Origin: a virus
Lineage: Duplodnaviria; Heunggongvirae; Uroviricota; Caudoviricetes
IMG/VR virus record: IMGVR_UViG_3300042472_000628
Coordinates: 101,455-165,454 of that record
DNA length: 64,000 bases
Reading direction: 5' to 3' (one strand)
Both the position numbers and the translations under genes were made by a program. The notes beneath the pieces are model-generated. The model was not told where the DNA came from, ran no database searches, and saw nothing but the letters and a program-made list of their open reading frames with translations. Shown here piece after piece: positions 1 to 8,579 of this stretch (positions are counted from its first letter, which is position 1; the number at the start of each line of letters is the position of its first letter).

Positions 1-47
1 ATTGTACTGTCCATGGTGATAATTTTATCTGGAGCCCAGATTGGGAT

Positions 48-257
48 TTGGAACAATGTAGAGCTATTGAGATTAAGCAATATTTACAAGATCATCCAGA
101 AGTAACTCACTGGGTCGCTATTGATGATTTAAATATGGGCAAAGGTGAAGATTGGCGAGAATCATGGGGATTGGATAATTTTGTACTTACACCTAAACGA
201 ATGGAAGGAATTAAACAATCTGGAATTAAAGATAAAATATTAGAATTTTTAAAATAA
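48..257 (+). CDS. hypothetical protein; frame is open back to position 1, so it may be the 3' part of a gene starting upstream of the window (TTG at 48 otherwise)
   Basis: ORF track; manual frame check shows no stop between nt 3 and 48. Confidence 0.3.
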   Translation: MEQCRAIEIKQYLQDHPEVTHWVAIDDLNMGKGEDWRESWGLDNFVLTPKRMEGIKQSGIKDKILEFLK

Positions 258-341
258 CAAGATATGAAAAATTACGAAAGAGTGCTACACATATTAGCTG
301 GTATAACATTAGGATATTTAATGTTTGCAAATATTTAAATT

Positions 342-701
342 ATGGAAAGATTTTTTAATCACAAAGATTTGGGCAAGGTAGAAGTTTTAATGAGCTTCCA
401 GAGAACTGAAGATGGTAAAGATTTATCAAAGGTAATTGCATTAGCAACATCGACGACGAAACCATGTGTTTCAGAAAAATGGAGCAATTTAGGTGAAGTT
501 ACATATAAACAATCTTATAATAACAAAGGTCAATTGACCAAGCATCATTATTTGATTTGGGGAACTGATGAAAACTTCAAAGAATCAGGATTTCAACAAT
601 TAGTTACTAAATCAGGTAGAAAGGTATCTTTTAAAAGTGCTCTTAAAATTTTTAATGATGCAAGAAAAGCAACAGAATTTGTAAACTTTTCCAAGATCTA
701 A
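342..701 (+). CDS. hypothetical protein
   Basis: ORF track, same-strand tight packing. Confidence 0.4.
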   Translation: MERFFNHKDLGKVEVLMSFQRTEDGKDLSKVIALATSTTKPCVSEKWSNLGEVTYKQSYNNKGQLTKHHYLIWGTDENFKESGFQQLVTKSGRKVSFKSALKIFNDARKATEFVNFSKI

Positions 702-725
702 GATATAATTTAAAATATAACAATT

Positions 726-983
726 ATGCCATTTTATACAGGAACAAAACCAGACTTTTCTGATATTCGAGAAATCGGAGGTATGTATATCTCAGAAAAT
801 GGAAATGAATGGTCTAATCAACCATATCCAATTCATAGAGAATTGTACAGACACTTAAGATATGTTAATTTGTCTTTTAAAGAAGCATATGAAGCAATGT
901 TAAACGGAACTTCAAAAGCATCTAAGAGAGTACAAAAATATGTATTGGCTAATTATCATGCAATGAACCCGCAAAACAAATAA
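726..983 (+). CDS. hypothetical protein
   Basis: ORF track; stop 2 nt before next start. Confidence 0.4.
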   Translation: MPFYTGTKPDFSDIREIGGMYISENGNEWSNQPYPIHRELYRHLRYVNLSFKEAYEAMLNGTSKASKRVQKYVLANYHAMNPQNK

Positions 984-984
984 T

Positions 985-1665
985 ATGAAATATATCTCAA
1001 TTGATATCGAAACTACAGGATTAGATCCAGACTTTAACCAAATTCTTTCAATTGGTGCAGTAATCGAAGACACCTTAAACCCTCTTCCATTCGAAGAGTT
1101 ACCAAAGTTTCATGCTGTTATCAAACGCGAAAGTGTTTATGGTAGTATTTTTGCATTAAACTTAAACCGAGATTTGATTCAAGCAATGAAGGATTATTCT
1201 GAAGCAAGAACTCAAGAACTTAAGGATGAAATTGAGGAATCATTTGGTGCTAAATTCTATGAAGAGGATGAAGTTGTTGAAGCACTTTACCAATTTTGTT
1301 ATAGAAACAACTTGGTTGAATTTGATCCAGATTTCTTAAATAAACATATCAAAGTAGTTGATGGTATTGCGTATCCTATATTAGGCTCAAATATGAAGAA
1401 AACTTATTTGAATTGTGCTGGTAAAAACTTTGCAGGATTTGACAAGAAATTCTTAGAAAAACTACCAAGATGGAAACAAGTATTTTCAATTCGTAGTCGA
1501 GTTTTAGATCCAGGAATCTTATTTGTTGATTGGAAAAATGATGAATCAATTCCGAGTTTGGATCAATGCAAACAACGTGCAGGAATCGATGGTGTTGTAA
1601 CTCACAACGCCGTTGAAGATGCAATGGATGTTGTTATGTTATTACGTAAATGTTATCAAAAATAA
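985..1665 (+). CDS. DnaQ-like DEDDh 3'-5' exonuclease
   Basis: N-terminal IDIETTG (Exo I motif D-x-E) and C-terminal H-N-A-V-E-D (Exo III H-x4-D) in the translation. Confidence 0.65.
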   Translation: MKYISIDIETTGLDPDFNQILSIGAVIEDTLNPLPFEELPKFHAVIKRESVYGSIFALNLNRDLIQAMKDYSEARTQELKDEIEESFGAKFYEEDEVVEALYQFCYRNNLVEFDPDFLNKHIKVVDGIAYPILGSNMKKTYLNCAGKNFAGFDKKFLEKLPRWKQVFSIRSRVLDPGILFVDWKNDESIPSLDQCKQRAGIDGVVTHNAVEDAMDVVMLLRKCYQK

Positions 1666-1667
1666 TC

Positions 1668-2003
1668 ATGGGACTACTACAAAAAATAAGTTGGAAAACT
1701 CGTAAATGGAATCTTAAATTTAATTTACTTGAAGTTTATTTACATGATGGTGATGGTTGTTGGGGATTTTCATTCTTTGAAGTAATCAAAGACTACAGGC
1801 CATATTCATTATTGGCAATAGAATTTAGATTGCCAAATGGAGCAGAAAGAACTGAAACACAATTGACAAATTGGGATATTTTATGTTTAAGTACACCTTT
1901 ATATGATTGGATGGGCGATCTAGAAGAGTCTATATTATGGGGATATAAACCAACGAGAACACAAAGAATATTGCTTAACGTAGCAAATAGATTATTTAAA
2001 TAA
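1668..2003 (+). CDS. hypothetical protein (start moved to internal ATG after upstream stop)
   Basis: ORF 1650..2003 overlaps previous gene; the ATG at 1668 follows the TAA at 1663-1665. Confidence 0.4.
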   Translation: MGLLQKISWKTRKWNLKFNLLEVYLHDGDGCWGFSFFEVIKDYRPYSLLAIEFRLPNGAERTETQLTNWDILCLSTPLYDWMGDLEESILWGYKPTRTQRILLNVANRLFK

Positions 2004-2032
2004 ACAAAACCAATAACAAACATATAAGTTAT

Positions 2033-2506
2033 ATGAAATTAATACTTGTAGGAAAAGCAGCTTCTGGTAAAGATCACTTAAAACAGAAGTTACAAAAGAA
2101 AGGATTTAAAATCGGTATAAGTCATACCACAAGATTACCAAGAGCGAATGAACAAAATGGTGTAGATTATCATTTTGTAACTGAAGATCAATTTTCAGAA
2201 ATGCTAGAGAATGGTGCTTTCATCGAATACATGAAATTCAATGGTTGGTATTATGGCCAAACTGAAGAGGATTTTAATGGAGCAGATGTAATGATTATGA
2301 GCAAAGATGGTCTAGACATACTACCAGAACAGTATAGAAAACAATGTGCAGTCATTTATTTAGACATCGATAGATTAACTAGGATCGAAAGACTTAATGA
2401 CAGAGATGATAAGAATGATTCCATTCAAAGACGAATGGATACTGATGATGCACAGTTTGAAAACTTTACAGACTTTGAGATTAGAATAAAAAACGCAGAT
2501 TTTTAA
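2033..2506 (+). CDS. P-loop nucleoside monophosphate kinase, guanylate-kinase-like
   Basis: Walker A GKAASGKD; HTTR-x-PR and VDYHFV motifs resemble the guanylate kinase signature (TTRxPRxxExxGxDYxFV). Confidence 0.55.
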   Translation: MKLILVGKAASGKDHLKQKLQKKGFKIGISHTTRLPRANEQNGVDYHFVTEDQFSEMLENGAFIEYMKFNGWYYGQTEEDFNGADVMIMSKDGLDILPEQYRKQCAVIYLDIDRLTRIERLNDRDDKNDSIQRRMDTDDAQFENFTDFEIRIKNADF

Positions 2507-2545
2507 GCAAGATAAATAATAAAACAATTAATTTAAACAACAAAT

Positions 2546-3058
2546 ATGAACGCAAAATTAAAAACACGCCAAACTGAATTGGCTACGGAAATTGATGCAA
2601 TGCAAACAGAAGCTTCTCAAAAAAGATTCGAGATTAAATTTGATAGCATCAAATCAATTAAAACAGTACAAGAACACCTTAACAAAGGATATACTTGGAA
2701 AACTCAAAATGCTGCAGTAGTTGTATCTTTATATGATCAATTCAAAACCCAATCTAAAGGTTTTACAGCAGAAACAGAGCCAGTTATTTCATTGAGAGGT
2801 CATGAATTAAATGCGCTTTACCAAGCATTGTTAAATGTTGAAGGTACAGGAATTGAAAATGCTCGTAGATTTATCACAATGTTAACACAAGTTGGTGAAG
2901 CTGTAGGTATTGCAATGCAAGAATTGAGTGCAATGAATGTTACGCTTAACCAATTACATGCAGAATTAGGAGAAGTTGATGCTCAATTAGACGCTGAACA
3001 AAAAGTTGAGGTGGTTACACCTGAACTAGAAACTGCAACGACTAAATCTAGTAAGTAA
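2546..3058 (+). CDS. hypothetical protein
   Basis: ORF track. Confidence 0.4.
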   Translation: MNAKLKTRQTELATEIDAMQTEASQKRFEIKFDSIKSIKTVQEHLNKGYTWKTQNAAVVVSLYDQFKTQSKGFTAETEPVISLRGHELNALYQALLNVEGTGIENARRFITMLTQVGEAVGIAMQELSAMNVTLNQLHAELGEVDAQLDAEQKVEVVTPELETATTKSSK

Positions 3059-3120
3059 GAATCAAAAATGCACTGATCCCCAAAGATCAGTGCAATATTA
3101 AATTTATAGTAGCGTAATAT

Positions 3121-3636
3121 ATGAAAATATTTGTAACATCTAATCTTCAATTGGGAAGACCTGGTTCTATTAAAAAATATAAGAGATCGCATGCTGATGT
3201 AGATCAGATGACTAATGATCTTATATTAAAATGGAATACAGTTGTAAAGCAAGAGGATACAGTGTATCACCTTGGTAACTTTGCTCATGACCCAAAAACT
3301 GCACAAGATAGTATCACGAGATTAAATGGCACTATTAAATTCATTGAAGGCGATATGGATCAAGCAATCGTAACTTTACGAGATCGAGGTCTATTATCAC
3401 CAAGATGTTCTATAATTAATTGCTTAAGTTTTATAGAAGAACTTAATTGTGCAGTATCTTATTGGCCTTTGGGTGTATGGCCTAAGAAATCTTCAAAAGC
3501 ATGGTCTATTATAGGATACCCTGACAAAAAATTTAAATCAGATCCTAAGAATAAGATTATTAATGTTTCTACTGATTTATGGGGAAACACACCACAAGAA
3601 CTAGAAAAACTATTAGGCATATTTTCGGATTTCTAA
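3121..3636 (+). CDS. calcineurin-like metallophosphoesterase homolog with substituted metal ligands
   Basis: N-terminus IFVTSNLQLGRP aligns to the MPP motif I-x-x-SDxHxGH but with D to N and H to Q/R; a GNF/HD block follows. Confidence 0.35.
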   Translation: MKIFVTSNLQLGRPGSIKKYKRSHADVDQMTNDLILKWNTVVKQEDTVYHLGNFAHDPKTAQDSITRLNGTIKFIEGDMDQAIVTLRDRGLLSPRCSIINCLSFIEELNCAVSYWPLGVWPKKSSKAWSIIGYPDKKFKSDPKNKIINVSTDLWGNTPQELEKLLGIFSDF

Positions 3637-3718
3637 TTGTTCGTAACTTTTTTAAAAATACTTGACATAATGCTTTTTTATGTCAAGTTTTTCACGTATA
3701 TTTACATTATAATTAAAA
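3637..3718 (+). promoter_or_regulatory. conserved intergenic cassette 1: TTGTTCGTAACTTT + hairpin (cttgacat/atgtcaag) + TATATTTAC..TATAATTAAAA
   Basis: Motif repeated 11 times in the window at gene starts; ATG of the 3729 gene lies 11 nt downstream. Confidence 0.6.
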
Positions 3719-3728
3719 CAGTTAAACT

Positions 3729-4085
3729 ATGCAGATCAAAATTAATAAAGACCAAGAACAAGTTTTAAAGGACGCTATTGAACTTTACATCGAAAACCTA
3801 GTAGGTAAAGGTAAAAAGTACAACAATGCAGTTGAAATCTTAAATACGATTAATTCAACTGGATTAGTTACTGAAGAAACTAGAATTCCTAAGGTATTTA
3901 TAGAAAAACAATATATGTTCACATTTGCTGAAGGTGGTTGGAATACAGTTTGGGCTAAGACCAAGCGTGGAGCCATCCGAGCTGCCATGTCAGAGTATAA
4001 GGATTCAACTCTTAATCCTATTCCAAGTTCATTCCATGTGGCCACAGAAGCTGGTTTGAAATCAGCAATGAGTTTATTTTACTAA
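3729..4085 (+). CDS. hypothetical protein
   Basis: ORF track; preceded by cassette. Confidence 0.45.
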   Translation: MQIKINKDQEQVLKDAIELYIENLVGKGKKYNNAVEILNTINSTGLVTEETRIPKVFIEKQYMFTFAEGGWNTVWAKTKRGAIRAAMSEYKDSTLNPIPSSFHVATEAGLKSAMSLFY

Positions 4086-4156
4086 TTGTTCGTAACTTTT
4101 AGCAAATAAATTTTTTATTGTCAAATATTTGTAGTATATTAGCCTTATAATTAAAA
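4086..4156 (+). promoter_or_regulatory. conserved intergenic cassette 2 (TTGTTCGTAACTTTT ... TTTTTTATTGTCAA ... TATATTAGCCTTATAATTAAAA)
   Basis: Same motif as the other cassettes; lies upstream of the sigma factor gene. Confidence 0.6.
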
Positions 4157-4174
4157 ACTTAAAAAAACAATCAT

Positions 4175-4789
4175 ATGTCAAAACAACCAAAACAACTTAG
4201 TTACAGAGAATTATCAGAAAACTTTATTCGTACTAAATCAGAAAAGGACTACAATGCTCTTTATGCACGAGTAAAACCAGGACTTAAAAACTATATTGCA
4301 AATGTAGTTAAGGATTCTGAAGCTACTGATGATATTCTTACTAATACTCTAACAAAAATGTGGACTAAGATTGATCAATATGATCCATCATACCAAATTA
4401 CAACTTGGTTATATCGCATCGCATTTAATGAGTGTCTTGGATGGATTCGTCAACGTAACTCTAAATATAGTATTGATACTATGAAAGAGTATGGTATTGA
4501 AATCTCTGAACAGTTTAGTCACACTTCTGCTAAAGACTTGTTGATCGAGTCAGAATTCAAGACTGAAGCAGATTGGTTATTAGAAGATCAAGATTTGACT
4601 AATCGTTATGAATTGGCTTTGAATAACATCAATGATTTGAAACCAATGTATAAAGAGATTATCGAAGATCGATTACTTAATGACATGAAATACGAAGATA
4701 TTGCTGAAAAGTACAATCTTCCATTGCAGACTATCAAGAACAGAATTCGTCGAGGTAAGTCTATCATTGCAGAAAATATGGGATATTAA
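4175..4789 (+). CDS. phage-encoded sigma-70 family (ECF-like) RNA polymerase sigma factor
   Basis: Region 2-like block DDILTNTLTKMWTKIDQYDPSYQITTWLYRIAFNECLGWIRQR; region 4 HTH-like C-terminus YEDIAEKYNLPLQTIKNRIRRGK. Confidence 0.65.
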   Translation: MSKQPKQLSYRELSENFIRTKSEKDYNALYARVKPGLKNYIANVVKDSEATDDILTNTLTKMWTKIDQYDPSYQITTWLYRIAFNECLGWIRQRNSKYSIDTMKEYGIEISEQFSHTSAKDLLIESEFKTEADWLLEDQDLTNRYELALNNINDLKPMYKEIIEDRLLNDMKYEDIAEKYNLPLQTIKNRIRRGKSIIAENMGY

Positions 4790-4942
4790 TTCGATATTTT
4801 TTAAAAAAAGAGATGAAACAAAAAATAAAGGGGATATATAAATCTCATGATGACAACATTTACATATAATTTAGACACTGACAGGTTACAGGAATGTAGC
4901 TCAAAGGCTCTCTTTATGTAAAGTTAACACAACACTATCATG

Positions 4943-4975
4943 AAAAAGAGTCTCCGAAAGAGACTCTTTTTTTTG
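4943..4975 (+). terminator. rho-independent terminator hairpin (aagagtctc-cgaa-gagactctt + T8)
   Basis: Perfect inverted repeat followed by a T-run, downstream of the sigma factor gene. Confidence 0.6.
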
Positions 4976-5052
4976 AAACAAACTCAACGCTATCGGTATA
5001 AAGATAGTAAATAACAAAATGAGTTCATTGACATATTGGTAAGAAAGAAAAT

Positions 5053-5137
5053 ACTCGGGTGGCGAAATCGGTAAACGCGCTGGACTTAAACTCCAGTGGA
5101 CATTGTGTCCTTGCGGGTTCAAGTCCCGCCCCGAGTA
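5053..5137 (+). tRNA. tRNA-Leu (anticodon TAA), class II with long variable arm
   Basis: Acceptor actcggg/cccgagt; Leu-type D arm; anticodon loop cTTAAAc; T loop GGGTTCAAGTCCC. Confidence 0.75.
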
Positions 5138-5149
5138 CAACAAAAAAAT

Positions 5150-5223
5150 GATTCGATAGCTCAACTGGATAGAGCAACGCCCTTCTAAGGCGTAGGTTGA
5201 AGGTTCGACTCCTTCTCGAATCA
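5150..5223 (+). tRNA. tRNA-Arg (TCT)
   Basis: Acceptor gattcga/tcgaatc; D arm tagctcaactggatagagca; anticodon stem acgcc/ggcgt with loop cttctaa. Confidence 0.75.
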
Positions 5224-5266
5224 CAATCTAAACATGGTGTTTAGAGGTTAAAACAAAAACAAAAAG

Positions 5267-5440
5267 ATGAAAAAAGTATTTTTCGCAGCAGTTTTCGCAG
5301 TATTGGCTTTGGCCTCATGCAAGAACACATCAACTTCAGGAGAAGCAACTTCAACTGATTCAACAACAGTTGTAGTAGATTCTACAACAGCAACAGTAGA
5401 CAGCGTAACAGTTGATACTACTGCAGCTCAAGTAAAGTAA
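5267..5440 (+). CDS. small lipoprotein (57 aa) embedded in the tRNA array
   Basis: Hand translation MKKVFFAAVFAVLALASCKNTSTSGEATSTDSTTVVVDSTTATVDSVTVDTTAAQVK; signal peptide with LASC lipobox; not in ORF track because under 60 aa. Confidence 0.5.
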   Translation: MKKVFFAAVFAVLALASCKNTSTSGEATSTDSTTVVVDSTTATVDSVTVDTTAAQVK

Positions 5441-5551
5441 GAAGCTTTAAAAAGCTGACTCAAATCCTATTGCATTATAGGTGAAATAGAGAGAACCAGT
5501 AATCTGCGGGTAAACCATAAGATTAGAATACGTCATACTCTATTTTAATTT

Positions 5552-5624
5552 GCCTCTTTAGCTCAGTTGGTAGAGCAGATCATTTGTAATGATCAGGTCG
5601 TTGGTTCGAGCCCGACAAGAGGCT
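5552..5624 (+). tRNA. tRNA-Thr (TGT)
   Basis: Acceptor gcctctt/aagaggc; D arm tagctcagttggtagagca; anticodon stem gatca/tgatc with loop tttgtaa. Confidence 0.75.
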
Positions 5625-5639
5625 CAAAATATAAAGGAT

Positions 5640-5712
5640 GGTTACAGCAAAAAATACTGAATAGACTGTTAATCTCGTGGTCGTCGGTTCGAATCCGGCT
5701 TTGTGTATCGTA
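5640..5712 (+). other. tRNA-like 3' half (T arm cgtcggttcgaatccggc) without a matching 5' acceptor strand
   Basis: Canonical T stem-loop present, but no complementary 5' acceptor within 90 nt. Confidence 0.3.
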
Positions 5713-5720
5713 AGAAAAGC

Positions 5721-5760
5721 AAATAGCTCAGTTGGTAGAGCACGTATCAAAAAGCTATCC
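5721..5760 (+). other. tRNA-like 5' half (acceptor + canonical D arm gcaaatagctcagttggtagagca) without a matching 3' half
   Basis: Perfect D-arm consensus but no downstream T arm/acceptor partner; lies inside a repeat element also seen at 10793-10860. Confidence 0.3.
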
Positions 5761-5961
5761 TGTTATTTTAATTTAAAAAGTGTAGCTCAGTGACATTAAT
5801 GAGAGCAATCTTCAGTACTTCGCAATTTGCAAGGAACATAGACGTGACGGTAGGTTGGATTCCTCCCACTCTTTTTTATTTAGATGGTGTCTCGGTACGC
5901 TCTGAAGAAATTCAACGACGAGGTCTCGGTAGGCAAAAGGCCTTTGATCCTACCCAACTTT

Positions 5962-6033
5962 GGTCCTGTAGTTAAACGGCTATAATGCAGCCCTGTCACG
6001 GCTGAGTTCGGGGTTCGATTCCCCGTGGGACCG
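5962..6033 (+). tRNA. tRNA-Asp (GTC)
   Basis: Acceptor ggtcctg/tgggacc (2 GU); anticodon stem cagcc/ggctg with loop ctgtcac; T loop GGGGTTCGATTCCCC. Confidence 0.65.
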
Positions 6034-6371
6034 CAAATTGATAATGAAAAAGTACTTTATGAGTATGTTAAATGGGACACTGCCAAAACCCAATAACCCA
6101 TAGTTTAACGAAAGTAGAAGAAAGACAATGGCGCATCAGGAACCTTAGAGGCCGCAATCTCAATGGGTATTTAGAAGACAATGTGATAGCTTCATTTATC
6201 CTGCTCTGGTAAGAAATTTGGTCAATTTATCAATGATTATGCTTAAAACCATTTCGCGTTAAGGTAACAAGTAGCGGCGTGCGGAGACTATGAAACAGTA
6301 GTTGAGTCTTTTTAGAACAAGACGTTAAAGAATTCAAAACCTTGGAATTGTCAAATATTCCTGAAGCTACC

Positions 6372-6399
6372 ATGGAAGGTGCTGGTGGTGACCTTCCAT
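6372..6399 (+). other. perfect 9-bp hairpin (atggaaggt ... accttccat) immediately 5' of tRNA-Glu
   Basis: Exact inverted repeat with 10-nt loop; no strong T-run, so more likely a processing or structural element than a terminator. Confidence 0.4.
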
Positions 6400-6403
6400 A
6401 TTT

Positions 6404-6475
6404 GCTGCCATCGTCTAACGGTTAGGACATTAGGTTTTCATCCTAAAAATCGGAGTTCGATTCTCCGTGGCAGTA
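6404..6475 (+). tRNA. tRNA-Glu (TTC)
   Basis: Acceptor gctgcca/tggcagt; anticodon stem ttagg/cctaa with loop ttttcat; T loop GGAGTTCGATTCTCC. Confidence 0.65.
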
Positions 6476-6588
6476 CGAATGCTAATGTATATGGTCAATA
6501 CATTAAATGTGATATAACAGACCCGTAAAAAAATGAAGCAATCACGGAAGGAAAGTTTTCGCAAACCTGCTTACACTTTGGATCGTAA

Positions 6589-6672
6589 AGTGATTTGGGA
6601 TTATAGTACAATAGGATAGTATAAAGCGACAGTAGTTGCGACAACATGGGTTCGAGTCCCATTATTTCCACA
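6589..6672 (+). other. tRNA-like element with canonical T arm (atgggttcgagtcccat), cloverleaf unresolved
   Basis: T loop and plausible acceptor (gggatta/tatttcc, 1 mismatch) but D and anticodon arms could not be folded by eye. Confidence 0.25.
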
Positions 6673-7083
6673 AACAATTATTTCTTACCAATATGTCAAA
6701 TTGACTTATTTTTAAAATAAATTAGAAAAAAACACATAAATTGTGAAACTTTTAAAAAGTTAATGATATATACTATAATAATACAAAAAACAACAACGAT
6801 GAAACGCAACAACTTACATATAAAATATTGTCTACAGATGATTAGCTGGATATTTAATCCGGGGGTTAATCATGGGCGTGTCTTATCTATAAGTTGATAG
6901 TATAATTATTTCAACATTTAGTTAAACCAAGCCCATCAAAAAGCTTGGTTTTTTTTTGTTTAAAATTTTAAAACGTTTGGTTGGCCGATCGGTTAGGCGC
7001 AGGATTGCAAACTCTGTAAGGTTGGTTCGATTCCAACACTAAACTCAGAACAAAGAGTTCTTTGACATCTTGGTGAAAACGAT

Positions 7084-7156
7084 GGAGCAGTGGCAGATGA
7101 GGTCATTGCGCTGGACTGAAAATCCAGAGGAGTTGGATCGATACCAACCTGCTCCA
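7084..7156 (+). tRNA. tRNA-Phe (GAA)
   Basis: Acceptor ggagcag/ctgctcc; anticodon stem ctgga/tccag with loop ctgaaaa; non-canonical T loop atcgata. Confidence 0.65.
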
Positions 7157-7162
7157 CAATAT

Positions 7163-7233
7163 TGTCCTTTGGTCTAATGGCAGGACACCTGGTTTTGATC
7201 CAGGCGGTCGAGGTTCGAATCCTCGAGGGACAA
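7163..7233 (+). tRNA. tRNA-Gln (TTG)
   Basis: Acceptor tgtcctt/agggaca; anticodon stem cctgg/ccagg with loop ttttgat; T loop GAGGTTCGAATCCTC. Confidence 0.65.
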
Positions 7234-7239
7234 CAACTA

Positions 7240-7315
7240 CGGAAGGTATAGGAGTCAGGTTTATCTAGCTCGCCTTGGACGCGAGATCACGTGGGTTCGA
7301 ATCCCACTCTTCCGA
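7240..7315 (+). tRNA. tRNA-Pro (TGG)
   Basis: Acceptor cggaagg/tcttccg; anticodon stem ctcgc/gcgag with loop cttggac; T loop GTGGGTTCGAATCCCAC. Confidence 0.65.
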
Positions 7316-7323
7316 CTTTTAAA

Positions 7324-7402
7324 TTGTTCGTAACTTTTGAAAAATAATTACGAAAACTGTTTCCAGATTAAAAAACTTTGTGTATATTTACATATAATTA
7401 AT
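7324..7402 (+). promoter_or_regulatory. conserved intergenic cassette 3, located inside the tRNA array (TTGTTCGTAACTTTTG ... TGTATATTTACATATAATTAATAA)
   Basis: Same motif as the protein-gene cassettes; followed by a TTGACAT-TTGG motif and tRNA-Gly. Confidence 0.55.
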
Positions 7403-7439
7403 AACAAAAGCTCTTTGACATGTTGGAAATAACAAATAA

Positions 7440-7511
7440 GCAGATGTCGTATAATGGTCATTACTCCAGACTTCCAATCTGGAGATGAGAGTTCGATTCT
7501 CTCCATCTGCT
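7440..7511 (+). tRNA. tRNA-Gly (TCC)
   Basis: Acceptor gcagatg/catctgc (perfect); anticodon stem ccaga/tctgg with loop cttccaa; T loop GAGAGTTCGATTCTCTC. Confidence 0.7.
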
Positions 7512-7519
7512 CACAGATA

Positions 7520-8110
7520 AGACTGTTATTAATTCATAGAGCTACATATTGCGATCATAGAATTAAAGGTGTTGGCTTCAAGGACGCTAGTAGGGAAGTA
7601 CACTTAAATAAAACGTGCAACGGGGAAAGTGTCGACTTAAGAAACGGCAAGTACCAACGAAGCGTGTGGTATCCATCAAACGCCTCCACGTGGCGATACT
7701 GGAAATTAGTTATGGAACTTGCGCAAGGAAAGCAACTAAAACCAAGTTTGAAAAAGCATAGGTAACTGAAAAATGTGGTTCGAGTCCACACCCGTAATAG
7801 CCAAAGGGTTGAAGCATTGAGGTTGATGCATAAGTTATAACAGAGCTGCAGCTCTAGGATAGGTCTGGTTAAAGTAGGCAGTGCCAATACAAAAGGTTCG
7901 AATCCTTTCTATCCACAAATACATGAGCTTTGAAGCACAAGTGGACGTGCAACCGGTAAAAGGCCGGATTAGGTTATAGGTTCGAATCCTATCTCTGCTC
8001 CAAATGATTATGAGGCCATTGGTTGGCGGCACCTCACAAAGGTTGAGTTGAAATATACTCTTTATTGTAAAGCTGGAATTGGTTCGAATCCAATCATAAT
8101 TACAAAGAAG
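7520..8110 (+). other. block of at least four tRNA-like elements with canonical GGTTCGA(A/G)TCC T loops (near 7777, 7897, 7978, 8071) whose 5' halves do not fold into standard cloverleaves
   Basis: T-loop consensus matches; acceptor partners found for some (e.g. gattatg/cataatt spanning 8006-8101, about 95 nt) but D/anticodon arms unresolved. Confidence 0.3.
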
Positions 8111-8200
8111 ATGCCTGATCAGCAATATCTTCCTAACGATTAAGATTACATATAGCTTAAAGAAATTTGTCGACACTAATTTCTGTAATTTTAATTGATT

Positions 8201-8276
8201 GCTTTACGTAGTTTAACTTGGTTTGGAACGCGGGCACTGAGCCCGAAGAGTATGGGTTCGAATCCCATGTAAAGAC
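8201..8276 (+). tRNA. tRNA, anticodon uncertain (possibly CTG, Gln)
   Basis: Acceptor gctttac/gtaaaga (1 mismatch); stem cggg/cccg with loop cactgag; T loop ATGGGTTCGAATCCCAT. Confidence 0.4.
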
Positions 8277-8283
8277 ACTATAT

Positions 8284-8355
8284 TGCGGGGTAGAGCAGAG
8301 GTAGCTCAGCGGGCTCATAACCCGAAGGTCGCAGGTTCGAATCCTGCCCCCGCTA
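8284..8355 (+). tRNA. initiator tRNA-fMet (CAT)
   Basis: Anticodon loop ctcataa flanked by GGG/CCC in the anticodon stem (initiator hallmark); unpaired 1-72 position; D arm gagc/gctc; T loop GCAGGTTCGAATCCTGC. Confidence 0.65.
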
Positions 8356-8408
8356 CAAATCTTAAGAAGTAATTAATCTTAAGACTGAATGGTTCGAAAC
8401 ATTCGGAA

Positions 8409-8499
8409 TGATTATGGTGTATGGTGCACAGTAGAAGTTAGTAAGCACATAGTGACTGAGGGCGGACACAGGATTAAGGTTCAAATCCTTATTAATCAG
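8409..8499 (+). tRNA. class II (long variable arm) tRNA-like, anticodon unresolved
   Basis: Acceptor tgattat/ttaatca (6 of 7 bp), T loop AAGGTTCAAATCCTT, length about 91 nt. Confidence 0.3.
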
Positions 8500-8505
8500 C
8501 AAAAT

Positions 8506-8579
8506 TCCTCAGTAGCTCAGTTGGTTAGAGCACCTGACTGTTAATCAGGGGGTCGTAAGTTCGAGTCTTACCTGGGGAG
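8506..8579 (+). tRNA. tRNA-Asn (GTT)
   Basis: Acceptor tcctcag/ctgggga; D arm tagctcagttggttagagca; anticodon stem cctga/tcagg with loop ctgttaa. Confidence 0.75.

Noticed and set aside
1376-1624. Antisense ORFs embedded in larger genes (1376..1624-, 1793..2023-, 2983..3192-, 3785..4045-, 11968..12168-, 13187..13396+, 14916..15245-, 16815..17015-, 17309..17497-, 17708..17941+ and the many similar short minus-strand ORFs further on)
   Set aside because: Each is fully contained in, or overlaps, a longer ORF that has recognisable domains or fits the promoter/terminator punctuation. Their AT-rich low-complexity translations (runs of I, L, F, N) are typical of chance frames in AT-rich DNA.
2033-2506. 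Interpreting the P-loop kinase plus GATase C26, HD-domain and deoxyribosyltransferase-like genes as a thymidine hypermodification pathway
   Set aside because: The kinase carries a guanylate-kinase-type TTR/DYHFV signature rather than the 5-hmdU DNA kinase layout. No hydroxymethylase or thymidylate-synthase homolog is visible in the window. Too speculative to list as a finding.
4901-5224. 107-aa minus-strand ORF from the six-frame track
   Set aside because: Lies antisense across the sigma-gene terminator and tRNA-Leu/tRNA-Arg; reading through structured tRNA sequence is the usual source of such spurious ORFs.
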